NCBI GenBank assembly: GCA_963747235.1
Contig: CAVVEU010000040.1
Location: 128,001 to 192,000 of the forward strand
DNA from: an uncultured Candidatus Rokubacteria bacterium
GTDB lineage: Bacteria > Methylomirabilota > Methylomirabilia > Rokubacteriales > CSP1-6
Direction of reading: 5' to 3'
Length of the DNA: 64,000 nt
Numbering within the stretch: the stretch's first letter is position 1; every line of letters begins with the position of its first letter. Positions 21,466 to 31,330 of the stretch are shown in pieces. The notes beneath the pieces were generated by a model. That model ran no database searches. It had not been told where the DNA came from and saw nothing but the letters and a program-made list of their open reading frames with translations. The position numbers were made by a program, and so were the translations under genes.

Positions 21466-21912
21466 ATGACCGTCACCGCCGCGTTCCGCCTCAAGCTGCT
21501 GGGTGGCGCCCTTCTCGGGCTGCTGGTGGCGATCACCGCCGTCACCCTCGTCTCCGGACGGCGCGAAGCTCCACGGCCCGTAGCCGAGTCGCGACCGGCC
21601 GAGGTGGTCTCGGCGCCCGTCGCCCCGCCGGTCACGGAATCGCCGGCGCCGGTGGCCTCCCGCTCGCGCGGCCAGGCCGAATGGACCTTCTTCTTCCGCC
21701 CGGGTGATACCTTGAGCCGCATGGCGGATGGAAGCGCGCTGGGCGTCGTCGCGCGGCTCGAGCGGCAGCACAAGTTTCCCGATGGATCCACCGGCCCGGC
21801 CTACGTGATCCGGTCGGCCGATCAGCAGGAGAACGCCTTCGACGCCGACGAGCTGGAGCGACGCGCGCGCATCGAGGCGATCCGGGACGTCCGCATTCCC
21901 CCGACGCGCTAG
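21466..21912 (+). CDS. membrane-anchored hypothetical protein with a small C-terminal beta domain
   Basis: N-terminal TM, Pro-rich linker, then FRPGDTL...GVV...YVI...FDADELE; GC3-rich codons. Confidence 0.6.
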   Translation: MTVTAAFRLKLLGGALLGLLVAITAVTLVSGRREAPRPVAESRPAEVVSAPVAPPVTESPAPVASRSRGQAEWTFFFRPGDTLSRMADGSALGVVARLERQHKFPDGSTGPAYVIRSADQQENAFDADELERRARIEAIRDVRIPPTR

Positions 21913-21944
21913 CCCCCGAAGCGCAAGCCCCCGAAGCGCAAGCC
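21911..21944 (+). repeat. 15-bp tandem direct repeat
   Basis: AGCCCCCGAAGCGCA twice, plus AGCC. Confidence 0.8.
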
Positions 21945-21953
21945 ATAGTCCGG

Positions 21954-22145
21954 ATGGAAGACTCCGTCGCCCTGGTCGATTCGATCATCCTGGTCGCGGG
22001 AATCGTGCTGATCCTTCTCACCAGCCTCCGCGTATCCCGCCGGCGCTCCACCAGCAAGCCGGTCAAGGGCCAGACCGGGGCCCTCGTCGGCATCGTGGTC
22101 TGGCTGGGGTGCCTCGGCGTCGCGCTCTATCTGATCTTCGGCTGA
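21954..22145 (+). CDS. small two-TM hypothetical protein
   Basis: 63 aa with two hydrophobic helices around a basic loop. Confidence 0.55.
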   Translation: MEDSVALVDSIILVAGIVLILLTSLRVSRRRSTSKPVKGQTGALVGIVVWLGCLGVALYLIFG

Positions 22146-22156
22146 TCGGCCGACGG

Positions 22157-22795
22157 TTACTGCGACACCGCCTGCTTCCAGGACACCGCCCCCGCCACGT
22201 TCGCCGGCTGCGGGGCCGTGCACGCCGCGCCGCGCGCGCCCACGCTGGCGGTCCCGCCGCGTACCGTGCAGACGCCGAAGGGCGTGCCGAGCTCCGCGGT
22301 GCCCTGGACCACGGTGAGCGAGCTCTGACCGTCCTCGGCCACCTTCAGATCGATCTCGGCCTCGCGCGCCGCGACGACGGCGGCGGGGCTCTCGATCTCG
22401 AGCTGGTTCGCGCCCGCTCCCGCCTTGGCCCAGATACCGCCCCGGCTCACCCGGAGGATGCGCGTCGTCCCGCCCGTCTTGTCCCAGCGCGAGAGGATCT
22501 TGAGCGACGTGCGCTCGTTCAGGGCGACCGGGATGCCGGGCCGGAGCTGGATCAGCGCCTGGCTGGCCGCCTCGGTGCGCAGCACGTCGCCCTCGAAGAG
22601 CGGCAGCGATCCGCGGCCCTGCAGCCGATGCTCGATGCCGTCCGTCCGCACCACCACCAGCGTCCCCACCGCGTTCTGGGCCGTGCCGACCGGCACGCCC
22701 TGAGCCGCCGCCGCTCCCACGCCGCCGCCCGGCAGCAGCGACCAGAGCGCCAGCGCGATCACCAGCCCTCCACTCCATCCGGCGCGCGCGCGCAT
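22157..22795 (-). CDS. exported FecR-domain protein
   Basis: Signal peptide; LFEGDVLRT, LNERTSL, GGIW, IESPAAVVAAR and LTVVQGT follow the FecR pattern. Confidence 0.75.
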   Translation of the reverse strand: MRARAGWSGGLVIALALWSLLPGGGVGAAAAQGVPVGTAQNAVGTLVVVRTDGIEHRLQGRGSLPLFEGDVLRTEAASQALIQLRPGIPVALNERTSLKILSRWDKTGGTTRILRVSRGGIWAKAGAGANQLEIESPAAVVAAREAEIDLKVAEDGQSSLTVVQGTAELGTPFGVCTVRGGTASVGARGAACTAPQPANVAGAVSWKQAVSQ

Positions 22796-22802
22796 GGCCG
22801 CC

Positions 22803-23790
22803 TCAGTTCCCGTGATAGACGACGCGGATCGGCTTGCGCCCCACCGGCACCGTGGCCAGGACCGAGCTGCTGCCGGTGTCGATGACCTTCAGGTCGTTCG
22901 AGTTCTCGTGCACCACGAAGAGCCGCGTCCCCTCGCGGTTGTTGGAGATCCCGTTCGGCCGCTGCCCCACGTCGATCTGCTCGAGGATGCGGAGATTGCT
23001 CGGGTCCGCGCTCACCACCACCACCCGGTTGAGGCCCGCGACGGTGACGTAGGCGTTCGGACCCTGCAGGCCCTTGAACCCGAAGGCGATCTGTTGCGGC
23101 CCCGGCCCCACGTTGATGGACCCGACCTTGTCCTGGGTGGCCGGGTCGATCACGTAGATGTCGGTGCCGCCCGTGTTCGTGCCCCAGATGCGCCCGTCGG
23201 GGCCCAGCACCAGGAAGTGCGGATTGGTGCCCACCGGAATCGCCTTCAGCACGCGGTGCGTGGCGGTGTCGATCACCTCCACCGTCTTGTCGCCCTGGTT
23301 GCTCACGTAGGCGAAGCGCCCGTCGCGCGAGAAGGTGAGGCCGGTCGGCCCCTTGCCCACCGCGATGGTGCCCAGGATGCGGAACGTGCCGGTGTCCACG
23401 ATCGAGATCGTGTTGTCGCCGATGTTGGCGACCCACGCCTGCCGGTTGTCGTTGGTGAGCGTGACCACGTGGGCCCGGTCGCCGGTGGCGATGGACGCCA
23501 CCGTCTCGAGCGCGCGCGTGTTGATGGCCGACAGCCGGCCCGAGGCCAGGTTGGTGGCGAAGAGCCAGCGGCCGTCGCGCGAGAGCGGCGAGGTCGTGGG
23601 TCGCGTGGTTGCGCGAGTCCACGGTCGCGATGACCTGGAAGGAGTCGCCGTCCACGACCGTCACCGAGTTCGAGCTCTCGTTGGCGACGAAGACGCGCGA
23701 CCGCGGCGCCTCCTCGGTTTCCTTCACGGCCATCTCGGCGCAGCCGGCCACGAGGCCGAGCGAGAGAGCAACTGGAATGATCGCGCGCAT
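22803..23790 (-). CDS. YVTN/YncE-type beta-propeller lipoprotein (frameshift near 23590)
   Basis: Lipobox VAGC; repeated AYVSNQGDKTVEVIDT, AWVANIGDNTISIVDT and IPVGTNP blades; GGAGGAG RBS. Confidence 0.88.
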
Positions 23791-23930
23791 GGACTCCTCC
23801 TGACTTCGGCTGGGAAAGCGCCCCCTACCTTGGTCCAGGAACCCCCGGCGAGTCAAGAGCCGTTCGTTGACAGCCCTCCGGAGAAGGGCTTAGTCTCTAA
23901 CCCAGGTCGAGCGGAGAAAACGCTATTCCG

Positions 23931-26666
23931 ATGACGTGGATACGACGCAGTAAGGGCACCGTTGCGGGCGCGATCGCCGGCCTCCTCGTGCTGTGCGGTG
24001 GCCTCACCGCGTGGGCCCAGGCTCCGAAGGCCGAGCGGCCCACCTACGCGGTCGGCGACAAGTGGATCCGCAGCGACGGCGCCTACGACCTCATCCGGAT
24101 CGAGAACGGCCGCTACGTCTTCGCGGCCGACGGCGGCCGCGAGGTCCACCTCACCCGCGACCTGGGCGTGGCCAAGATCGTCCGCGGCGGCCAGGTGCTG
24201 CTCGAGCTCGAGCCGCCGCCCGGCCTCACCTGGCCGCTCGAGATCGGCCAGTCGGGTGTGTCGTGGCTCACGCTCAAGAGCCTCGATCCGCAGTTCGGCC
24301 AGAGCGTGGTCCGCCTGACCTGGAAGGTCGACGCCTACCAGGACGTGCGCGTGCCCGCCGGCACCTTCAAGGCCTTCCGCATCGTGCAGGTGCTCGAGCC
24401 GCGCTTCCTCGCCACCTCGCCGCAGTCGCGGCGGCTCGAGCTCGCGTTCTGGTACGCGCCGGCCATCCAGCAGCTCGTGCGAGCCGACGGCAACGATCTG
24501 AGCGGGCTCGCGTTCCAGGCCGTCGCCCTCGACCGGCCCGCGGCGGCGGCGCTCGCGGTGGCGCTCGTCGATCCGAAGGACCAGGGCCGCGTGGCCACGG
24601 AGCGGATCACGCTGAACGGCAAGGTGACGGGCGGCACCGGCCCGCTCCGGATCGCGGTCACGCTCAACGGCGCCGAGATCGCGCGGCAGCAGGAGCCCGG
24701 CACGCCCGGCAAGGACGTGGCGCTGAGCGTGCCCGTGAAGCTCGCGCCGGGGCGGAACACGCTGATCGTCACCGCCACGGACGGCGCCGGCGTCAGCCGC
24801 CAGGAAGGGCGCGTGCTCTTCTACGACAAGCCCGCGCCCGCGGTGGCCGCGGCCCCGACCGCGCCAGCGGCGCCCGCGCGGCCCACGCCGCCGCCGCGAG
24901 CGCGACCCCGCCGCCCGTCGTCGCGCCGGCGCCGCCACCGGCGGCCGCCGCGCCGCCGGTCGCGCCCCGCCGCCACCGGCCGTCGCGGCGACGCCTGCGC
25001 CCAGCGCCAACGCCGACTCCGGCCCCGCCGCCCGCCGTCGCGCCGCGCCCGCGCCGGCCACGCCGGCGCCCCCGCGCCGCCACCGCCGGCGCGCGCCCGC
25101 ACCGCGCGAGCCCGAGCCGCCCGGCGACACCCGAGCCGCCGCGCGCTCCGACGCCGCCCCCCGCGGTCGAGCCTCCGCGGGCCCCGCGCCGCGCCGCCGG
25201 TCGTCGCGGCCGTGCCGCCCGAGTCGTCGGTGCGGCCGGCGAACGCGTTCCGCATCACGATCTCGACGCCCACCAACCAGGCGCGCGTGGAGCAGGAGAT
25301 GGTCACGTTCGCGGCCGTCGTGTACGGCGGCACCGGCGTGCGCCAGGTGCTCGTCACCGCCAACGGCGTGGAGCTCTGGCGCCAGGACAACCGCACGCAG
25401 CAGCCGTCCATGGCGGTGAATCTCCCGGTCAAGCTGGCGGAGGGCCAGAACACCCTGGTGGTCACCGCGGCCGAGACCGACGGCACGATGCACCAGGAGA
25501 TGCGCACCATCCACCACGAGAAGCTGATGCCGCTCGCGGTGGACGTGCGCTACCCGGAGGATCGCTCCCGCGTGACCGACGAGGCCAGCGTGGTGGCGGC
25601 GGTGGCGCGCTCCAGCAAGGGCATCAGCCGGATCACGGTGACGCTGAACGGGACCGAGGTGCATCAGCAGGAGGAGCGGAGCCCGCAGAAGACGATGGCG
25701 GTGAGCGCGCCCCTCACCCTGCGCGAGGGCGCGAACGCCATCGTGATCACCGCGCGCGAGCCCGACGGCGCGGCCCGGCAGGAGGTGCGCACCGTGATCC
25801 TGGAGCGCGTCAAGCCCGCCGTCCCGGTCGTCGTCGCGCCCCCGGCTCCGCCCGCCGCGCCGCCGTCCACCCAGTGGGCGGTCATCATCGGCGTCGGCGG
25901 GTACGAGAACTCGGCGGTGCCGCGCCTGCGCTACTCGGTGGCCGACGCCGACGCGATCTACCAGACGCTCATCAGCGCGGGCTTCAAGAAGGAGAACATC
26001 CTTCTGATGACCGACAAGACCGAGCGCAAGCCCACCCTGCGCAACATCAAGTGGGCCCTCGGCACGTTCCTCGCCCGCTCGGCCCACAAGGACGACCTGG
26101 TGATGATCTACTTCGCGGGCCACGGCGCCTCCGAGGTGGACCAGCGCGGCATCGAGCGGGACGGGCTCTCCAAGTACCTGGTCCCGGTGGACGCGGACCC
26201 GGACGATCTCTACTCGACCGCCCTGCCGATGGACGAGATGCAGAACGTGCTGGCCCGGATCGAGGCGGAGCGGGTCACCGTGTTCCTCGACGCCTGCTAC
26301 AGCGGCGCGGCGGGCGGGCGCACCTTCGCCTCCACCAAGACGCGCACCGTCAACGTGGACGACATCTTCCTCGACCGGCTCACGCGCTCCAAGGGCCGCG
26401 CGATCGTCACCGCCTCGCGACCCTCCGAGCTCTCCATCGAGCTGGCCGAGCTGGGCCACGGCATCTTCACCTACTACCTGGTGCGGGGCCTGCAGGGCTA
26501 CGCGGACATCAACCGCGACGGGATCGTGTCGCTCCAGGAGCTCTACGAGTACCTGGCCCAGGAAGTGAGCCGCAAGTCGCGCCAGGTGGGCGGCAACCAG
26601 CACCCCATGCTGAAGGGCGAGCTGGAAGGCGTGCTGCCGCTCACCCGCACCGGGAAGCGCAATTAG
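23931..26666 (+). CDS. exported caspase-family (peptidase C14) protein with Ig-like repeats and Pro/Ala linker
   Basis: Signal peptide, VPAGTF beta domain, three Ig-like repeats (L..G.N.L.VTA), catalytic YFAGHG and LDACYSG, GHGIFTYYL, ADINRDG and QHP. The Pro-rich linker is locally out of frame. Confidence 0.88.
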   Translation: MTWIRRSKGTVAGAIAGLLVLCGGLTAWAQAPKAERPTYAVGDKWIRSDGAYDLIRIENGRYVFAADGGREVHLTRDLGVAKIVRGGQVLLELEPPPGLTWPLEIGQSGVSWLTLKSLDPQFGQSVVRLTWKVDAYQDVRVPAGTFKAFRIVQVLEPRFLATSPQSRRLELAFWYAPAIQQLVRADGNDLSGLAFQAVALDRPAAAALAVALVDPKDQGRVATERITLNGKVTGGTGPLRIAVTLNGAEIARQQEPGTPGKDVALSVPVKLAPGRNTLIVTATDGAGVSRQEGRVLFYDKPAPAVAAAPTAPAAPARPTPPPRARPRRPSSRRRRHRRPPRRRSRPAATGRRGDACAQRQRRLRPRRPPSRRARAGHAGAPAPPPPARARTARARAARRHPSRRALRRRPPRSSLRGPRAAPPVVAAVPPESSVRPANAFRITISTPTNQARVEQEMVTFAAVVYGGTGVRQVLVTANGVELWRQDNRTQQPSMAVNLPVKLAEGQNTLVVTAAETDGTMHQEMRTIHHEKLMPLAVDVRYPEDRSRVTDEASVVAAVARSSKGISRITVTLNGTEVHQQEERSPQKTMAVSAPLTLREGANAIVITAREPDGAARQEVRTVILERVKPAVPVVVAPPAPPAAPPSTQWAVIIGVGGYENSAVPRLRYSVADADAIYQTLISAGFKKENILLMTDKTERKPTLRNIKWALGTFLARSAHKDDLVMIYFAGHGASEVDQRGIERDGLSKYLVPVDADPDDLYSTALPMDEMQNVLARIEAERVTVFLDACYSGAAGGRTFASTKTRTVNVDDIFLDRLTRSKGRAIVTASRPSELSIELAELGHGIFTYYLVRGLQGYADINRDGIVSLQELYEYLAQEVSRKSRQVGGNQHPMLKGELEGVLPLTRTGKRN

Positions 26667-28257
26667 CCGGCGCGGCTTCGCCCTGCTCGCCGCGCTCGCG
26701 CTGGCCCTGGGCGCGGCGCCGGTCGCCGCCCAGCCCGCCGCCGACGGCCAGAGCTGGGAGACGCCGATGGCCGCGGGGGATCGCGCCTACCAGCAGGGCC
26801 GCTACGCCGAGGCCGAGCGCTTCTTCGCGGCCGCGCTCGAGCGCGCCGAGCGCCTCGGGGCGCAGGACCCGCGCGTCGCCCTGAGCCTCGGCCTGCTCGC
26901 CGCGGCCTACCAGGCCGAGGGCAAGTACGCGCCCGCCGAGCCCCTCCTCCGCCGCGCGCTCGCCATCGCGGAAGGCGCGCTCGGCGCCGACCATCCGGAA
27001 GTGGCGGCCACCCTCACCGCGCTCGGCGCCCTCGGCGCCGCGCAGGGCCGCTACGCCCAGGCCGAGCCGCTGCTGCGCCGCGCGCTCGCCATCGACGAGC
27101 GCGTGCTGGGGCCGGAGCATCCCGAGGTCGCGGGCACCCTCGACGCGCTCGCCACGATCGAGCGCCTGCAGGGCCGCTACGGCGACGCCGAGATGCGGAG
27201 CCGCCGCGCGCTCGCCATCCGCGAGAAGGTGCTCGGGCCCGACCACGTGGACGTGGCGGCGAGCCTCACGACCCTGGCCGCGCTCTACCGGATCCAGAGC
27301 CGCTACGTCGAGGCCGAGCAGCTCGCCCAGCGCGCGCTCGCGATCCGCGAGAAGGCCCTCGGGCCCGAGCATCCCGAGGTGATCGGCCCGCTCGTGACGC
27401 TCGGCGAGCTTCACGCCGAGCAGGGCCGCTTCGCGCAGGCGGAGCCGCTGGGCCGCCGCGCCCTCACGATCGCCGAGAAGACGCTGGGCCCCGAGCACCC
27501 CGAGGTGGCCGGCGCGCTCGACCTGCTGGCCGGCCTGGCCCGCACCCGCGGGCGCTACGCGGACGCCGAGACGCTCGGTCGGCGCGCGCTCGCCGTCCGC
27601 GAGAAGGCCCTGGGCGCCGAGCATCCGGACGTCGCGGCGACGCTGGCCGGGCTGGCCGAGCTGTCCGCGCTGCGCCAGAACGCGACGCAGGCCGAGTCGC
27701 TGGCCCGCCGCGCCCTGGCCATCCAGGAGAAGGCGCTCGGCCCCGAGCATCCGGACCTGGCCCGGAGCCTTCGCGCGCTCGGGGAAGCCCAGCGGCTGCA
27801 GAACAAGTACGCGGAGGCCGAGCCCAGCTACCAGCGCGCGCTCGCCATCGACGAGAAGCGCCTCGGGCGCGAGTCCCCGCGTGTCGCCCTCGATCTCGGG
27901 AGCCTCGGCACGCTCTACCGCCTGCAGAGCAAGTACGCGCAGGCCGAGCCGCTCTACCGGCGCGCCCAGGCCATCGGCGAGAAGGTGCTGGGCCCCGAGC
28001 ACCCGCAGGTGGCCGCGACCATCGTGGATCTCGCCTCGCTCTACCGCGCGCAGAGCCGCTTCGCGCAGGCCGAGCCGCTCTACCAGTGGGCGCTCACGCT
28101 GCAGCGCAAGGCCCTCGGCCCCGACCACCCCGAGGTCGCGGAGAGCCTCGAGGAATACGCGGCGCTGCTCAAGCAGATCAATCGCGAGCCGGAAGCCGCC
28201 GAGATGGAAGCACAGGCGCGGGCCATCCGCGCGAAGGCGGGCGCGCCGGCGCGGTAG
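26662..28257 (+). CDS. exported TPR protein (kinesin-light-chain-like 42-aa repeats)
   Basis: About 10 repeats of QGRYAEAEPL.RRALAI.EK.LGPEHP.VA. The open frame extends upstream of ATG 26767 through SRRGFALLAALALALGAAPVAA to ATT 26662. Confidence 0.88.
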   Translation: MSRRGFALLAALALALGAAPVAAQPAADGQSWETPMAAGDRAYQQGRYAEAERFFAAALERAERLGAQDPRVALSLGLLAAAYQAEGKYAPAEPLLRRALAIAEGALGADHPEVAATLTALGALGAAQGRYAQAEPLLRRALAIDERVLGPEHPEVAGTLDALATIERLQGRYGDAEMRSRRALAIREKVLGPDHVDVAASLTTLAALYRIQSRYVEAEQLAQRALAIREKALGPEHPEVIGPLVTLGELHAEQGRFAQAEPLGRRALTIAEKTLGPEHPEVAGALDLLAGLARTRGRYADAETLGRRALAVREKALGAEHPDVAATLAGLAELSALRQNATQAESLARRALAIQEKALGPEHPDLARSLRALGEAQRLQNKYAEAEPSYQRALAIDEKRLGRESPRVALDLGSLGTLYRLQSKYAQAEPLYRRAQAIGEKVLGPEHPQVAATIVDLASLYRAQSRFAQAEPLYQWALTLQRKALGPDHPEVAESLEEYAALLKQINREPEAAEMEAQARAIRAKAGAPAR

Positions 28258-28324
28258 CCGCGCGCTAGGCGCACTCGCGGGAGCTGACGCGCAGGAGACA
28301 CAGGCGCATCACGGGCGTAACGAG

Positions 28325-29693
28325 TCAGGTCGTCGGTCGGGTCGCCCGCGGATGCAGCACATCGATCGCCCAGCGGACGTCCAGCCGCTCCCCGAACCAC
28401 TGGGGGAGCCCCGTGCGCGCATGAAGATTGAGCCCTTGCGCGGCGTTCTGCTGCTCGGATCGCTCCGGCTGGATCAGCAGGTACCACGGCCGGCGCCGGG
28501 ACGTCGGGCAGCGGCCGGCCATCCGGCCGTCGGAACTGGAGAGCGCCGTCGGGTAGTCGCTCGACCTGGTAGCCCTCCTCGTGCACCGCGCGGTGATGCC
28601 GGCGGCAGAGTAACGCGAGGTTCGAGAGCTTCGTCGGGCCGCCGTGAGCCCAGTGCCGCACGTGATGTCCCTCGGCGATCCGGACGTTGCAGCCCGGGAA
28701 GCGGCAGGTCTTGTCCCGATGCTGCAGCGCCCGTCGGAGCGCCGGCGGGAATCGTCCGCGTCCGGGCGCCCGACCTCGACCACCCGCCCGTCCTGGTCGT
28801 GCCGCATCACCACCCGGCTCGCGTCGCACGCCAGCCGCTGCGACGTTCCCGCGGGAACGTGCGCGCCGTCCTCCAGCACCGACTGCCCGGGCTGGGCCGC
28901 GTTCGCCAGGACCGCGGCGTCCACGTGGACCACCACCTGATAGCGCTCCCCTGGGGCTCCGGATCGAGCTCGTGATGCAGCGCGGTCTCCGCCAGCAGGC
29001 CAACGCGTCCGCCTGCTGCTGCGGCCGGGTCGGGGTCTCGGCCGCTGGGTCGGCGGCGGAGACGGCCTCGTCGGCACGGCGCCGCTGGTAGAGCGTCTCG
29101 CGGGCCGCGTCGAGGGCCCGCAGGAGCAGCGCACCGACCTCCGGGGTCAGGCGCCCGCGGAGCACCACGGTGCCGTCCTCATCCTGGTGGACATGCAGGG
29201 CTCGGCCCGCGTGCTGGCGGACGCCTTCTCGGGCTTCGGCCTGCTGATCCAGCCGGCGCCAGCCCCGCACGATGCTCTCCACGTGGACCGCCGTGCCCGC
29301 GCGCCCGACCGCGAGCAGGCGCGCCTCCGTCTCCGGGGTCGCGATCCGCGTCAAGGCGCGGACCTTCGCGTAGGAGAGCTCGCCGCGCGCCATCGCCTCG
29401 GCCAAGGCCGGCAACGTCCCGAGGGCACGCGCCACCCGGACGTGCTCCCGGGCAGCGCCGGGGGCGAGGCCGACGCGCCAGGCGAGCCACTCCGCGCAGG
29501 AGCGGAAGCCGTTGGCCCAACCTTCGCGCGCATCGAACTCCCGGATCAGCGCGAGAAGCCGGGCCGTCGCCGCCTCGAGATGCGCCGAGAGCTCGGCGAT
29601 CTGATCACCCAGGCGATCCAGCTCCGCGAGGTGCGGGGGGTTGGGTTGCGACGGTTGCAACGGAGCGGGAAGGTCCGGCGGGCGTGGGACCAT
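28325..29693 (-). mobile_element. DUF222 / HNH endonuclease (13E12-repeat-like) gene, frameshifted
   Basis: FDAREGWANGFRSCAEWL, GELSYAKVRALTR, QQQADAL, RLACDA, RDKTCRFPGC, HHVRHWAHGGPT.LSNL.LLCRRHHRAVHE; AAGGAG RBS before ATG 29693. Confidence 0.85.
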
Positions 29694-30000
29694 GATGAGT
29701 CTCCTTTCTGTTACGAAGACTCTAAACCCTGCTTCCTCGAGCGCCTGGGACCGCCCACGTTGCGCGAACTCGAGAGCGCAGCGATGATCGATCGTCTCCC
29801 GCATCGCGGCCGTGCATCAGGCGTCGGAGGCGCGCCGCACGATCGGGATTCCCCACGCGCACTGGACACGCGACGAGGCCGTCGAAAGATGCCGTCAAGC
29901 GGAAAATGCGAGACGATCCCGCGTGCTGGCGAACGAAGCTGTGGGGATACCACTCAGCGAATGCGGCTCAGCGAATACGCCTACGGGTGCCCACCGCGCG

Positions 30001-31330
30001 CTACCGGATCTTCCCCGCCGCGGCCTCCGCAAGCTCGCGGGCCCGCGCGTAGCCGGCCTTCGCCGCGGTGTCCCACTCCGTCTCCATCCGCGACTTCACC
30101 TCGGGCTTGTCCTTGAACGCCGCGTTGACCTCGCGGTCGGAGGCCGCGCCGGGCGTCGAGCGGCACCGTGCTCGCGAGCTTGCGGGCCTCCGCGAGCTGG
30201 GCAGCCGCGGCCTCCACGTTGCGGCCGCCCGCCCGCGCCTTCGTCACCTGCGCGTCGGCCGCGTGGATCGCGCCCCAGGCCGCCTTGAGCTCGGCGTGGC
30301 GGAAGGTCACCACCTGGTCGAAGAGCGCGTTGACCACGTTGCGGCGGCCGGAGGAGAGCTTGTCGTCGAAGTCCACCCCGCCCAGCTTCATCGTGAACGG
30401 GTTGGGATAGCCCTTGGGCGCGCGCGCGTAGAGGCCGGGCACCACCGGCAGCCGGCCGATCTCGGGCGCGAAGAGCCGGAGCTGCCCCTCGTCGCCCAGC
30501 AGGTAGTCGACGAAGGCGCGGGCATTGGCCGGGTTCGGCCCGTTCTTCACCACCGCCACCGAGGCCGGCACCACCGAGGTGAGCGACGGATACGCGAAGT
30601 CGATCGGCTGACCCGACGCGATGGCGGAGAGCCCGAAGAAGTCGATCACCACGCCGATGCCGTACTGGCCCGAGACGACCGCCTCCGGCACCCCGAAGCT
30701 GCGCTCGGTGATCGAGCCCATGTTGCCGCCGGTCTGCAGCAGCAGCGCCCAGCCCTTCTCCCAGCCGTAGGCCTGCAGGATCACCTCGACGGTGAGATGC
30801 GTCGTGCCGCTGCGCGAGGGCGCCGAGATCACGAGGTGGCCCCAGTAGCGCGCATCGGCCAGGTCCGTCCACTCGCGCGGAGCGGGCAGCTTGTGGAGCG
30901 CCAGGTAGCGCGTGTTCCACATGAGGCCGTAGCCCGAGACCGCGAAGCCCCAGTAGTAGCCGTCCGGATCGTGGAGCGGGAAGCTGCCGATCCTCGCGGG
31001 GATCCGCGCCAGCGTCTCCTTCGGCAGCGCGACCTTCTCGAGCAGGCCGTCGGCCTTCAGGGTCTGGAAGGCGTCCACCGCCGAGACCCAGAAGATGTCG
31101 GCCTCCGGCCGGCTCCGCGTCTCGCGCAGGTAGGTGACGCCCTGGTTGGTCTGCTGCTGCTTCACGATCACCTTCACCCCCGGCGTCTTCTGCTCGAAGG
31201 CCTGCTTGTAGGCCTCGAAGAGCTCCTTGGGGAACGAGGTGAGCACCACGACTTCCTTCGTCGCGGGCTGGGCGGACGCGGACACGACACCCGCAAGGAG
31301 CGCGAGGGCGGCGAGGGCGACGCGGAGCAT
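30001..31330 (-). CDS. extracellular solute-binding protein, PgtC/iron-type (frameshift near 30150)
   Basis: Signal peptide, VVVLTSFP, DIFW, PSRSGTTHL.VE, GWEKGW, RSFGVP and GVVIDFFG; alternative-frame stop at 30001. Confidence 0.8.

Noticed and set aside
21695-21730. LysM motif suggested by RPGDTLSRMA
   Set aside because: The rest of the LysM pattern (helices, N..I...L.PGQ.L) is absent.
24890-25190. Arg-rich low-complexity insert in the caspase protein
   Set aside because: It is a Pro/Ala-rich linker read out of frame between compensating indels; the neighbouring frame gives ATPPPVVAPAPPP.
26767-28257. Periodic ~126-nt DNA repeats as a possible CRISPR or tandem array
   Set aside because: They are degenerate coding repeats of 42-aa TPRs, with no identical repeat/unique spacer structure and no cas genes.
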